This document shows positions 39,175 through 53,100 of a stretch of DNA of 64,000 nt, piece by piece (positions within the stretch are counted from its first letter, which is position 1; every line of letters starts with the position of its first letter). The notes under the pieces are model-generated. The model worked only from the letters and a program-made list of their open reading frames with translations. It did not search any database and was not told the origin of the DNA. This DNA comes from Perna viridis. Its lineage: Eukaryota. Location: contig CM074512.1 in assembly GCA_037379345.1 (NCBI GenBank), forward strand, positions 11,036,001-11,100,000, written 5' to 3'. A program made the position numbers and the translations under genes.

Positions 39175-39359
39175 ATAATAGTTGTTGATAAACTGGTCAA
39201 AATCGTGATATTTAGACTGCCCGTAGGGCAGTGGTATTGACAGTGACAGCGATAATGACCTCGCCTGCTGCTCGGTCATTATCGCTGTTTTAGTCGATAC
39301 TACTGTCCTGTGGGCAGTATAAATATCACGATATTGAACAGTTTATCAACAACTATTAT
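39175..39359. repeat. 185-bp near-perfect palindrome (MITE/foldback-like)
   Basis: Arms of about 86 bp, ataatagttgttgataaactg...acagcgataatgacc and ggtcattatcgctgt...cagtttatcaacaactattat, around a 13-nt loop. Confidence 0.85.
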
Positions 39360-42300
39360 ATTATTGTGAACTGCTGATCATGTGTTATAAGTGGTAATTC
39401 ATGTCCATGTGAAAGAATAGGTACCCTTTTACCTCTGAAGTGCCTGTACCAAATTAGGACCATTGCGGTATGTGCTGCTCGGGTGGTGTAATATCTATTT
39501 TGCCAGATTTATTTTGGACTTTACGAGATTATAAATTGGATTAGTGTTCGGTAATTTTTTTGTTACAATTATATATGTATTGTATCTAATTGTGTTTTTC
39601 AACTATTTATATTTTGATGTCACGTTTTGTATGATAGCGTTATAACCAAACATGTGTTAGGGCACATGTCATGGATTTATTTATAATGAAGTCTTATCAA
39701 TTAATATTTTTGATATTATTAAATCTAAGGGCGTAGCAGAACAAATAATTTTTATTGGTATTGCATGTCGTACCTAAAGTTCTTGTCCAAAACTAAGAAA
39801 GAAAAGAAAATAAAAAAATACAGACTATTTTTTTTTCTAAAATTTGCATGTTGAACATGCCCCAGACTCCTCAGCAATGCGTCCTTCCCGCAGTACCAAT
39901 CGAGATTTCGGTGCTACGCATCTAATAAAATGGGAAATAATTAAACATAGGTACTTTAATTTTTAATAAGCGTAATTTTAACTAAATATTTTTACCGTAT
40001 TTACTCTTTTTTTAATTGTGATAGTCATGAATGGATATTGCATGTCAGGAATGTCATCTTGATCAATAAAATTGGAATACTAACTCTTTAATTTATAGTT
40101 ATTTTTTGGAAGTACCATTTAAATATCTCCAGAAACAGTGGCTCCCACATAGTTGATTTACGATCTTCGATGACGGAGTAACCTCCATTTCCATGGATGG
40201 ACATTATTTTAGCTATACCGGACGTGGATGTGTTTACACGGTACGGACCGAGATCACATTTAGTGTCACTTGCAGCCAAACACCAAAGTACCTCCGTGAC
40301 CCCGAAATCCCATGATCCAATCTGCATTTATCTATGAGCAGATAACTCCAAATCTTAGCGCATTAAATACCGCGCGAAATTTGTCAGTCTCGTATGCCTC
40401 AGAAAATCATTTGTAGTATTAATAATTTCATAACTTAAACGGTTATTTCAAATAAATTTATGATTGGAATGGTTGATGTTTATTTACATTTTTTTGGAGT
40501 GAATTCTTTGGACCAATAAGCGATGAGATCAAAATGAAATTTCCCTCTCGGAAAACGGGATTTCCCTTGTTTACTTTATTACCCAATGAAAAAGCTGGCA
40601 GATTCGCATTAACATGTCATAATTAAAGATAGAGGGGTTTTCTCTGTAGATTGACCAATGATCTTTGCCCATCTTAGGGGAGTAACTGTTTCAAAGTTGG
40701 GATCGATCACCGTTTCTTTGCAAATTTCTGAGACCACCCAAATGACATGTACTCGTCGCTGTCAGTGACAAATTCAAGCGCCAACTCGCCGAAATTCTTG
40801 TTGATATGTACTTGATACGAACAATAAATAGTTAAATTGGGACAACAACGTAATAAAAATAAAACAAGGAACATGTACTGAATGAAATTATTTTAGATGT
40901 AATGTTATGAAAAGAAATGTTAACTTACACATGTACCCCTTAACAAACCTTGTACAAGAAAATAGTTATCATTATTCAGTGCATGGCTTTTGCTAAGGTA
41001 GGTTATTGATCAAGTCTTGTGCGTGGAATTTATGGAGATACATATTTGGCTGAACACCGAAGTAAGTTTTGCTGAAAAAAAATTCTTTCTAAACACCAAA
41101 ATCAAGTCATATTCAAATGATTGCCTTCTGTTAATGTAAATTATAGTTCCTGTTCTAAAAAGGAAGATGATCTGCTGGTACAAGTTTTTGCTTTAAATCC
41201 TATAAATTATGACAAAACGATTTTTTTTTGTGGAGGATAAATCTTACTATTTAGATATAGAAATAGTGTAATATTTTACATTAAATTAAATTTATAAGAA
41301 GAACAAGGTATTTTCACTCAATATATTAAAGGAAGCAAGGGTTTTTATTATCTTAAAAAATCACTGGGGAAAGAGAAATTAACACTTGTTAATTCATACT
41401 ACTTTATTAAAGTTTATATATTTATTAGATGGTAGTTCACCAATTCTTAATAGCTAAATTTATTTTTTTTAACAGATAGAAAATTATTTACTTACCCAGT
41501 TTCGAAAATGTATCAAATCTTTCAGACTGAAACCTGACAATATTTCAGCAACAAGTCAGTAGAACTATAGATTCAGATACTTATTTCTAGTTTTCAAAAA
41601 TATTTCAAATAAATGCACAGTACATGTATTTTCCAAATTTCTTTTTATTATGACAATGATTGAAACCTTAGACACATGACATTGTATATCATATAGTGAG
41701 GGCGCTCTATTTTCTTTCAAGGCTCATTCAGCCATGGACATTTGATACTTACTACTGACAGATCTTTTCCCGATTAATTGTTGCCAGACAAAATTTATAC
41801 GGAATACATTTTAATTTTTTTGTTCTAAATTCTGGGAACTCATTGAATTTGACAACCATACCAAGATTTGAGTATTAGTAGGTAAAGATACCAGGAAAAT
41901 GGCATCGATTCTTTTATTATGGTTTGCATGAGTTCTTTGATTACGATTTCTTGTATGAAAAATCTTAAGTGTTTCAAAATCTAGAACTTGAGATATCGTT
42001 ATTTTTATTTCGCAAGGCGGCGAATTTTTGACAAGGGGTTCGTCTGGAAAAAGCTCACAGAATCTCATCTGTGAGATATTTTGGCTTCTTTATTGAAATA
42101 TTTTAATGATGAAATGAATAAAGATTCGCAGCAGTGTATTTTGCCGATGTAATCGATGAAATTGAAACGAGTCGATTTTTCAGTGCATTTGCCTCAGTGA
42201 AAAGTATCGTCATTCTAGGATCATTTGTCACGTGACATTTGCATTTTATTGACTTCGCATTTCAGCTGTTGAGTTCCTTTTTTAGCCCACCTACCGAAAG

Positions 42301-44147
42301 GCCATGGGAGCTATTGCCATCACTATGTGCCCGTCGTCCGTCGTCCGTTTACTTTTTCAAACATCTTCTCCTCTGAAACTACTTAATAGGATTTTTCATC
42401 TGGCAGAAAGATCCGTTGACGAATAAATGAGTAGTGGGTTCTGCAATTTTTTTCCTCCAAATTTTGCATGTATAACTTTTAAAGATTTTCTCGTCTGAAA
42501 CTACCAAATGGATTGAAACAAATTTAACAAGAATGCTATTTAGATCATCTTTGACTATATATGCTTTGGGGTTTTTTGCTTGCGAAAAACATGGCTGCTG
42601 TTGCTAAAAGTAGACCATAGGGGTCAAAATATAGAATGTTGCACATAACTCTAAAACAGTTAGTTAAGCTCAAATCTGGCAGGGAGTAAAATTGTTCAAA
42701 CTGATGACGGACTTATGCCTAAATTTTTAGAAAGTATCGTTGACGGATGAATGAGTTATGGGTCCTGAAATGGATTTTTTTTTACAGATATTTGTATTTG
42801 CAACTTTGAAAAGCTCCTCCTCCTAAACTGCTACTAGATTGTAACAAAACTTGGCATAAATGTACCTTACGATATCCTTAACAATCTATGTGTTTTTTTT
42901 TGCAAAAACCATGGCCAATGTTATTAAAAATAGGCCATAGGGGATCAAATGGTTGATTTTTAGAAATAACTCGTAAAGAAATGGGTTGAGCTAAATTCTG
43001 ACTTGGTAAAATTAATCGGCGTAGTGAGAACGAACCATGCTGAAGATTTCCATTACCTTGACCATTTTGGTGTTACTGTTGATGTTTCATTTTTATATCT
43101 TCCGAATTGTTTGAATATCATTCAATTAAGACTCATATTAGTTAATAAACATTTCATATTGATAGTAATCTACGTGCAATAAAATATTAAGTATCAAAAC
43201 TTGTTTATGGTTAGTTCGTGGTTGTTATAGTAGTAAAACTACTCCCAGTTTTTTGTCCAAATTGCTCATTTACTCTGGTTGCTTTGTACGTATTATTTGT
43301 TATGTTCTTTGTTGTGTTTGTTTTCCCGTCTGGTCTTAGTCCCTGGATTGCATTCTTTTGATTTCTGTTACAATCTTGGTTCTCTTGATTACTCTTTTCA
43401 TTATCAACCAACTGATTTTAATCAAAATATGTAGATTTATGCGTATCATTTTCACATAATTAGTTCGAATCCCATGGGCTTAATTTGTGAACCTCTGCGC
43501 ATTGTTTTCATTTCCATATTTATCTGTAATTTAAATATATATTTTCCTGTATCTAATGTGGTCTTATTAAATAAAAATTGCTCGATCGGAAGAAAGCAAA
43601 ATTTTAAATTAACAAAATGTCTTTCACGTATTACCTAACACCTGATGCAATATTTACATATCGGTGCTTGTATATACGTAAGACGGAGTGTATTTTCATT
43701 ATTTAATGGACATGTTAGTCTTTTAGTAAGCTTTGTTTGTTTTTGTTTGTATGTTTGTTTTGTTTTGTTTTATTTGCTTTTTTGTTGTTGGTTGACATTT
43801 TCAAAATATTTATTTCTTGTCGTCATATTTTCTGCTTTTACAAGTGGGGTATAGTAAGCACAACAGCTCTTCATTTTCATAATAACATGCACCCCTTTTA
43901 AGTCTGTTTTGCTTTATTCTGCATTTTTTGTTCTTACATTAGTGTTACCTCTATGAATAGTGTGTTAGCTATAAGAGACTGGACACATAAGTTGGGTTTG
44001 GAGAGAAACAACAATGTTAGTTTTTTTTCTGCTCTAATTGTTTAATTATGTATAAAATCTAATAAAACCGTCAACAATGCAAAACAAATTAAAACAAATC
44101 AAATGTCAATTACAGTTTGTTTCAATGTCCATTTTAGAATTAGACAG

Positions 44148-47100
44148 TTAACGACATTTTTCTTCGACTTGCCAAGCATTTCCCAACGCAAATGCGTCCG
44201 ATGTAATTTGGTGGTTGGGCATTAGCATGTCATCATAACGTTCGTGATTTAGGGTACCGAGGAGTCCTCCAGTTTTACCGAAGTACCATTTGCTTAGATC
44301 AATGTCTATCTTATCAACATTGTCATCAGTTGAGATTTGGAATCCGTTTCCTTCAACAAAAACCTTCCCTTCGTCAGCGAAAACTGCAAAATCTGGCGAT
44401 TTGTAAGGTAATTTTGTCAAGGCTCCATCAATCCTTACCTGTAATATACAGCAAACAAAGCTAAGGTAAGGACAGATTTATTAAAAAAAATATATTTGTC
44501 TTAGATATTAAATTGGAATCATATATCAAGCAAAGAAAGGACAAAGAATGTTTAATAACTAGATTTCACTAAATTGTCATATCGTATAAGAAACTGTGAA
44601 AGACATTCTCTACAGCTAAGTCTATAATTAAAAGAATTTCGTGTAAAAATAGCTTACCTTCCCACCAGGTAATAGTTGAACGTTTTCTCTGTGAGCTGTT
44701 ACAATCAACTTTTTCTTTTGTCTTGCAATGAAATTCAGGATCATGCTGAAATTTCCATCAACGTAATCTTTTGCAAGTACATAACTACATCGTCCACTAA
44801 AGTCATACTCTTGTCCATCAAATGTGGTAAATCGGGCACCATCGATTGAGGCATGTCCTAAAACCAATAAGAAATGGAGTAACAATAAAAAGAGAACGGA
44901 TATGGTAACACGAAACAAATGCCCTAGCGTATAACCTAAATACGAAGAAGTAAATACTTTCCGAGATCTCCAAAAGGTCTTCAAAGTAAGCTCTGAAAGG
45001 GCACGAAAACAAACATAATAAAATCCATGATAACAAATCTAAAAAGTAAAATTTTCTAGTAAAATAACAACTCAAAGAAAATGACTGTTTTCCACCTACT
45101 CCATAGTCAGGGAGTAAATTACAAGTTATCTTTATATCTAAAAATACAAATATTGTGTGGTGTTTAATAGTAAAAACATATAACTAGTTCAATGTACGAA
45201 CATGATAGAACTATCCAAACCAAAATTTACATTTCACAGTATACATACACACTTCAAAAAGAAAGTAAGTAAACAACTGACCTTCCCAGCTTAAATGAGG
45301 TATGTAGTCCTCAAGAGAACCCAGCTTCACGTTGGGGATATTTGGAATTCTTGGCAGATACTTCCGTAGAGAAATATCAGATACAGATGTCAGGGATTTG
45401 ACATCTACAGGAAGATAAAGATCGATTTCTATTTTTCCATTAGCTATATCGTACATGATGATTTTAGATTTGAGGAGATTGGCGAGTATGTCTTTGATCA
45501 TGGTAGCTTCTTTAGTGGCGTCTTTTTTTACTTCCTCAACAGCCTTGTTAACAAGTGCTTTCAGGTTTTCCTCAAATTCCCAGTATTTATAAGCTGAAGA
45601 ACCCTATAAATTAAGGATTAAAAATACAAGTGTATTAGATAGTATATGAAGTATGTAGATGAAAATATTATGTACTTGATATTTTTCCTTATGATCCAAT
45701 ACCCCTCTTCCAATTTGATGTAGAATGGTGTAAGGCACAGCCATGATACGTTTCCTCATAATAATGTCAAATTCCGTACAAAGATATAACCGTCTTCTTT
45801 CATTGTTTTTTTCCCCTCTTCATCATATCATACTTCGCGTTCGCATCTTAGAGTTATTTGAAGGCAATTTAAAAAGGGAGTCTACATTTCAATATATTTA
45901 CCATGTTATAAACTGGAGTAGGAAGTGTGTTAATAAGGCCTCTGTTTATGTCTCCTCTAACGTTGTATATAGCAGACGTGTACTGGTTTGCAATATTATT
46001 CATATGGTCTTCCATGTTCATATTTTGAAGTTTTTTCGTGTAAGGTTGCAACCTTTGAACGTAAAGCGCTGTGTTTACTTTTCCAATCATTCCTTCAAAA
46101 GACAAAAAAATACAGCTATAAAAAAATTCTAATACTAACAATCAAATAAAAAGCAGTTGATCACGTAAAAACTTTCTCAAAAGATTTGTTTAACAAATGG
46201 AATCTGATCTTTGTAAGTTTAATTCCCGCTGGTATACCTATAGTAGATTCCGCGTTATAAAGAAATGTGTCTAAAATTTACGTAAACTCTTGTAGTACCT
46301 TGAATTTTATTGACAGTATTGTAATTAATGCCATTCAACATTTGTCTAGATGAACCATACAACTCGGAAGAGTAGTCTCCAAGTCTCTAAAATATAAAAA
46401 AAAATATTTTTATTGCAATTTTTATTTACGTTGTATTTGATTTAAATGATTTAATACAGTAGGTTTACAAAATATGTCATTTTCATCATGCATTATATTG
46501 ATAATAGTCAGTTTACTATTACCCGTGCGGTCCATTTGAACATAACCTATTTGCAAGTTTTTAAAGTACACCATGTTAACGGATTATTTCTCTATGGACA
46601 GAAAAAAGTATAACAGTCATTTCTAAATTGTTAAGATTTGTACATACGACTTCTGAACATCTCTTACCTGTTGTAGTCCTTGTATACTGTTAATATATTC
46701 ATCAAGTCTGTTTTTCATTTGGCAACTTCTCCATGATTCCAACATTTTATGTTTTGTCTCACTTTAAAACAATGAAAACATAATTAACATGATGCTAAAA
46801 AAAGAAAAGATAGAAATTAATTATATAATAGGAATTTTGTCTTTGATGAAATGCACTAAATTTTTTTTAATTCAGGGGTAAGTTGAATGTTTTTATAATT
46901 CGTACTTTATATGATACCAAACTGCTATTTGTAACTTTATAATGTATCATACCTTCCTTTTGTCATGGCTGTTTGTAGACTGTCAGAAACATCTCTTAGA
47001 TAATATGCGTTTCTATCTCTCAAAGAGATAATATCGGACATGATTTCATCAGCAGCTTGGGTGTATGGTTTAATACTTTCTATACAGGCTGCTCGGATGA

Positions 47101-50100
47101 GCTGTTTTTTGTAATTGATTTCTCTTCTAATTTCATCGTGGCTGATTTTCAACGATCTAGATGATCTTATAAGGTAATCCTCTGTTCTTCTCTTTAAAAC
47201 ATCCTGTATGAAGTATGAAATTTACTCTTTTCACAGTTAAATATATATTTTTTGTATTCTCAAAGAACTGAATATTCGTGAAGAATTATAAATATAATGA
47301 ATATCATCTCTAGTCTAAGTGTGTGAAACAGATGAAAACAAAATATAGATCCTATTTAATCGCAGTTTGTTTTTTTTAATTATTATTATTAATTGTTATG
47401 TTTTACCTTAAGGTCTGTTAGAAGAGTTGGACGCCAGTTAACACGGGTATGGAGTATTCTAGATGTTTTTAGTCGAAGGTTCACTAAACTGTCGACCATT
47501 TTCCTGTCATTATCATTTCTGTATAGTTCAGCTAATAATCCTTTAACATCATTAAACTCTGCCTTCACATGAAGTGTATTCTTAGGGTTATCTGTCAGAA
47601 ACAAATACCAGTAATTACATAAATGCTAAAATCACATTTTAAATTGCCCAGTATGAATATCAAACACCATGTAATGGCAATCTGAAATAGTTCTAAACAA
47701 TTTATGTATCGGAAAGATAATACGATTTGAGTTAAACAAAGGTGAAACTAATATGGACATGAAGCATAATTTACCAATGTCATAGTTCATGTTGAAGTCC
47801 AAACTAGCATCTTCTGGATCAACTGTTAGTTCTGTATTGATTGGTTTCGAATCATCATATAAGTTCTTGAAAGACAGTCGATAAGGTTTGGTATCAAATG
47901 ATGCCTCCATTGACATGGATTTTACTGGAGATCTAACCTAAATGTGAAAACAATTATTTCTAAGCTTTATTAAACACCATTCCAGAAAGTAAAGTTTCAT
48001 TATATGGCAAGTTTTATAATATATCAAAAACTGTAGTGATCCAACGAAAAATTTGTTTAAACAAATGAAGTTAATTCTATACAAGCATAAAAAATAAATT
48101 GAAAAAATTGAAAATTTACCTCGACTTAATTGTTGATTCATTTTCGGTAAAAGACGACTTTATAGTAAAAAAAAAGTGAAAGTCAATCTGTATTAATTAT
48201 GTGCACTTGTATACGTAAAGGAAAGTACGTGTTCGATGATGGGAATGTACCTTTAGGTTAAGTTGCCTTCTGATTTTATCAATTTCTGTCATCAAAGCAA
48301 TGTTCTTTGTCTGTCGTTTTGCAGTTAAATATTTGATGTCAATATCAGCGGCCAGTTTGTCACTTCCCTTTGTTATCTGAGCCTGTGTCTGAAAATCAAC
48401 TGTGGTGTATGGGTGGCTAATTCCAAGCTGTAGTTTATACTGATCACCACGGCCAGAGATATCTTCAAGTTTAGAACTAAGCGTTAGAGTTTTGCGTGAA
48501 TCTGTGGAATATTTGAAAGCTGTATGTCCGTCATATATAACATTTCCACTGTTGACTAGCATTCTTGTGTCAAACTGTACAGACTGGAAAAAAATTAAAT
48601 TAACTTTAAAAAAAATATATAGAAAAAACTTTAAAAAAATTAATGATGAATTCGTTTAATAAAGGATGACATGCGTTAAATAATCTAACTGAAACTATAG
48701 TTTTTGTCCGTAAATATATATGCTTTCAAGGTTATAGTTTCAAAATATAAGTATAACTTACATACATTCAATGTTAAAGCCATGATTTAAGAATTATAGT
48801 CTACTACCATCCAAGAATGAATACGTTAGATAACCATACCTCTCCAAGACTTGGCAATTCCAGTGCCAAACTGACTTCATTGCCGTCACCTCTTTTCTTG
48901 TCTATTTTCTTGACAACAAAGCGCTTATTTTGATCTCTTTCTACATCCCAAGAAAATGACGTTTCAAAAGTGTCCAAACCATAAGAACTTCTTTTGAAAC
49001 GGGATGCTTCGATTTTTCTTGACGGGATGATCAATGTGACTTTTTCCGTGTTTGACCTGTAGTCAAATTCCAGTCCATACGTCTCTCTGTCATCTTTCAA
49101 GAAATGCAGTGCTACTTGGTTGTTATCACTTCTTTTTTTGGAACTTGCTCGTATTTCATATATTTTTCCAACACAGTTGCCTTTGTAACTTATAACTTGT
49201 GTATTGTCAGACCAATCTTCGTTGTATGTCATATCAAGTCTACATTGGCTATCACGTTCAAGTTTGTTCCAGTTGACAAGAATATGTGATTTCGGACTAA
49301 ATATATTCTGTATTTCAAATTGCATTGGTCGTGGTTCATTAATGCCAACCTTTAAATGAATTTCTTTACCTTGTTGTCTTCCTTCAATCTCAATATCATA
49401 CACAGTATTTTGGTTGATCTTCATATTGGCTAAAGCTACAATGATGTCACGGTTTTTTGGCATGTCTATTTTGAATTTACCGTCAAGGTTGCGGAGTGCA
49501 TCACATGGGGAAGATAGCAAGAATGTGACTTCCGTTTCATATATTGAAGCATCAAATGTAATACCTTTTGGCGAATTAAAGAATCCATCTGCATGTACAG
49601 TTAAAACATCCCGGCTTCTATCGATATTCATGGACAACCGGATATCTTTAATTCTCTGAATGCCGGATTGTATCCGTGCTAAACCCTGAATGCTGTTTTT
49701 AGTCTTTTTAAAATTGGTCTCGACGTCAACCTCTGGAATAGCAGATCCTTGCAAGTTAAAGCGGAGGTTATTTGGGTCATTAATAGATGAAGTGATTTGA
49801 TGTCGTTCGTATCCTGTAAATGGAGTTTCGATATTAGCATTTAAAGAGGTAGGAGTCATTTCGCCAGTCAGAATGATCCTATCACTTCCACGGGCAATAT
49901 TGCTTTCCACAATCACATTTTGACCATCGATGTTAAGTTTATAGAACGCAGAGTATCTATTTTTAGGTGTAACTATGAATGCATCGACTAATTTCTTATT
50001 CATTTTAAGCTCTCCGTTCAGTAATGGCTTATTGTCCTCTAATGAAAAGTACATTGCAGATTTAAGGTTGTCATCTCTATAGTCATGGCTGTATCTGCAG

Positions 50101-53100
50101 AGGACATGTGGAGCTGTTCTTGAAGGAATCAGTAAATCTGCATTCAGATAAATATCTGTAAGTTGATTAAACCTCAATGTTACTTTTCCTTCAAATTTAT
50201 TGTCTGGTGCATATTCAATGTGTCCCGATGTTGTAAACGATCGCAGGGTTCCAGCATGTTCAAGATTCCCTCTGATATTATGAAATGGTGTTTGAAGTCC
50301 GAATGATCCTGAAATAGTTGGCTTGACATGAAAAGATGCACTTGCTTTTATTTCTTTTTCATCCAATTTTGCAAGGAGTGATGTTCTGAAATTTGATATT
50401 TCCCCATCATGTTCTACTTTAAGTTGTGAAATTCTGGTAGTTCCTGCAATTTTAGACGAGATTTTACTATCGATGGACAATGACGAACCTCGTAGATTGA
50501 CTGTAGTTTCTTCCTTTATTTCGTTCATATTTCCTACAGATGCTTTTGTATTTGAAGCAAACGACTTCGTGTCAAAACGGATATCGTATTCCATATTGAT
50601 ATCTTCTAGCATCGGTGTTTCCAGAAGCATACTTCCTTTCATAGATTGGTATCTAAATTCATGATTAGCTACTCCTCTCACCTTGTTTTTCCCATAACCA
50701 ATTGATGACTCAACTTTAAACTGGTTAAGTCTTCCATCTCCGCTTACAATAACTTCAAAGTCTTTGGTGAATGGTGTTTTGACACAAAGTTCAAACAGGA
50801 GACCGTCCTTTGATTCAACTTTACTGTTAATCTGTGCTTTGTATTTTCCACTTTGTATCTCCCATTTACCGAAAAGCATAGACTCATTTTTTATATAAGT
50901 GGCTTTTGCGGAATTTGTTTCGAACCCAGTTATTGGAGTCTGAATTGTAAGCTCAAGCCCTCTGTTAAGATTGAAAGAAACGTCGGAAGAAACAGCCTTA
51001 CGGTTGTATGTCAGCAGTGAAAAGGATCTGAAATTATGTAGATCACCCGAGTGTTTCATGCTTATCGACAATTCATGCTGCATTGCACCATTGTAAGATA
51101 TTTCGGCTCGCCCATCAAAGTTCATGATCTCAGCATTTTGTTTAAGGACGACAGTTATGTCATTGGTGCTGGGCAAATTCAGTTTAAGTTTTCCATCAAT
51201 TCCATTTGTAAAGTCAAGTTTCAAGTCGACTGACATTTCCTGATCGTTCACCGAGACAAGTCCCACAGAGGAGAAGTCCTTCTGGAAACCAGAAATGGAG
51301 AATTTGGCTTTAATACTATATTGCTGTTTTCCAGCATATGATGTTGTAAGTTGTGATTCAAAGTTCTTCAATTCACCATGATGCTGGAGAGATATTGTTA
51401 TATCTTCAGTAAAAGGTGACTTGAGATTAGCCTGAACATCAATGTTTTTACTTGTATCAGCAAAAATCTCCGAAGATATTGTTTTGTCATTGTAAGTCGC
51501 TTTTCCCTCCAGTGTAAACTTCCTTAGTGTACCTTTTAGTTTAAAATTCGCTGTCAATGAGTGTTGTATTTTACCAGAGTATTCCAGCTGACCACGAGAG
51601 GAGAAATCTTTCAATGTACCTTCGGTAGTAACTTCAAGTCGTAAGTCGGAATACTTCGGTGTCCTAAGAACAAAAGCAATATCCATTTTTGATAGTGTGT
51701 CAACATCTAAACTCAACGATGTTATCTTATTGTTGAACTTAAAGTTGCCTTTGGTTGTAAACTTTCTCAAATTTCCTTCATGTTTAAATGTCACAAGAAT
51801 TTCATGCTTATTCTCTTTAAAAATTAATTCTGCTCTAGATTGCAAGTCCCTTGAAAAACCTGGATGATCAACAACAAGCTGAATGTCTGACCACACGGGT
51901 GTTTTCAAAGTTGTCTTCCCACTTAGTCCAGAGGTTGTGTCAACATCAAGAGACAATGAAGACTGTTTGTTGTTGTAGTTTATTGTACCTAAACTATGAA
52001 ACTTATCTAGAGTTCCATCAAGTCTGAAGGTTACCAATAAGTCATGCTGTTTTGTGCCACTGTATGTAACTTCGGCTTTTGATCGTATATTTCTACTGTT
52101 TCCTTGGTGCTCGAAGGAAATAATTATATCATTGGTAAACGGGGTTTCGATGCGACCATTTAATTTTATTCCGTTTGTCATATCCGATAATACTGCTACT
52201 GAAACTTTTTGTTTGTTATATTGGCCGTTTCCAGCGATGTCAAATTTTTTTAAAGACCCAGTGCTTTGAATCAAAAGACCAAAGTCATGCTGTTTTGCTC
52301 CGCTATAAGAAATATCTGCACTGCTTTTGAATTTCTTTAGTGAACCTGAATGTTCAAATGATATTTCAATGTCACTGGTAAATGGTGTTCTAAGTATCCC
52401 TCGTCCTTTTACATCACGAATGGCATCGAATTCTATCTCAATGGAGAACCGTTTTTTGTTATATGCTACTGAACCAGATGTCCTAAAATTTTTATGGTCA
52501 CCTATATGTTCAAATAAAAACTCAACGGAATGTTGTATTCTGCCGCTGTACGTTAAATCGCCATTTGTATGAAAATTGAGTGAATCTCCGTTGAATTCTC
52601 CGTTTGCAATCAGGTCATCAGTAAAAGGAGTTTTTAAGACAACTTTTCCACTATATCCGTTGGATCTTTCAAGTGCTGCCTCGAGAGATATTTTTTTTCC
52701 ATTGTACAATCCTTCAACAAAAGCACGCTGTTTACGTAACTGAACGACAACGTTTATTTCATGCTGTTGTCTTCCATTGTATATTATTTCCCCATGGCTT
52801 ATAAAGTCATTCAGATCTCCTTGATGGGAGATGGACATCGTTATATCTTTCGTGTTTGGTGTTTGTAGTGTCAAAGTAAGAATGATGTCTCTGGTAGTGT
52901 CCAATTTAATGTTCAAGGATGCCGACTTGCTATTGTGTGCTGCTGATGCAGACAATTTGAATTTTCTTAAATCTCCCTCAAGTTTGAAGGCTGACGATAA
53001 ATAATTTCTGGATCTTCCATAGCTAAGATGGGCGCTGTTTGTAAAGTCAAATAAGTTTCCTCGGTGTTCTACGACAATTTCAATGTCATGGAAAAACGTT

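Noticed and set aside
39435-39565. Short repeat fragment with an inverted partner at about 30724-30750 (ggattagtgttcggtaatttt)
   Set aside because: Too short and degraded to define an element spanning the two sites; likely two independent remnants of a common dispersed repeat.
47938-47940. Apparent premature stop splitting the copy 2 ORF (47632-47916 / 47938-48141)
   Set aside because: It is the splice acceptor changing from CAG to TAG, which remains a valid acceptor; it is not a coding stop.
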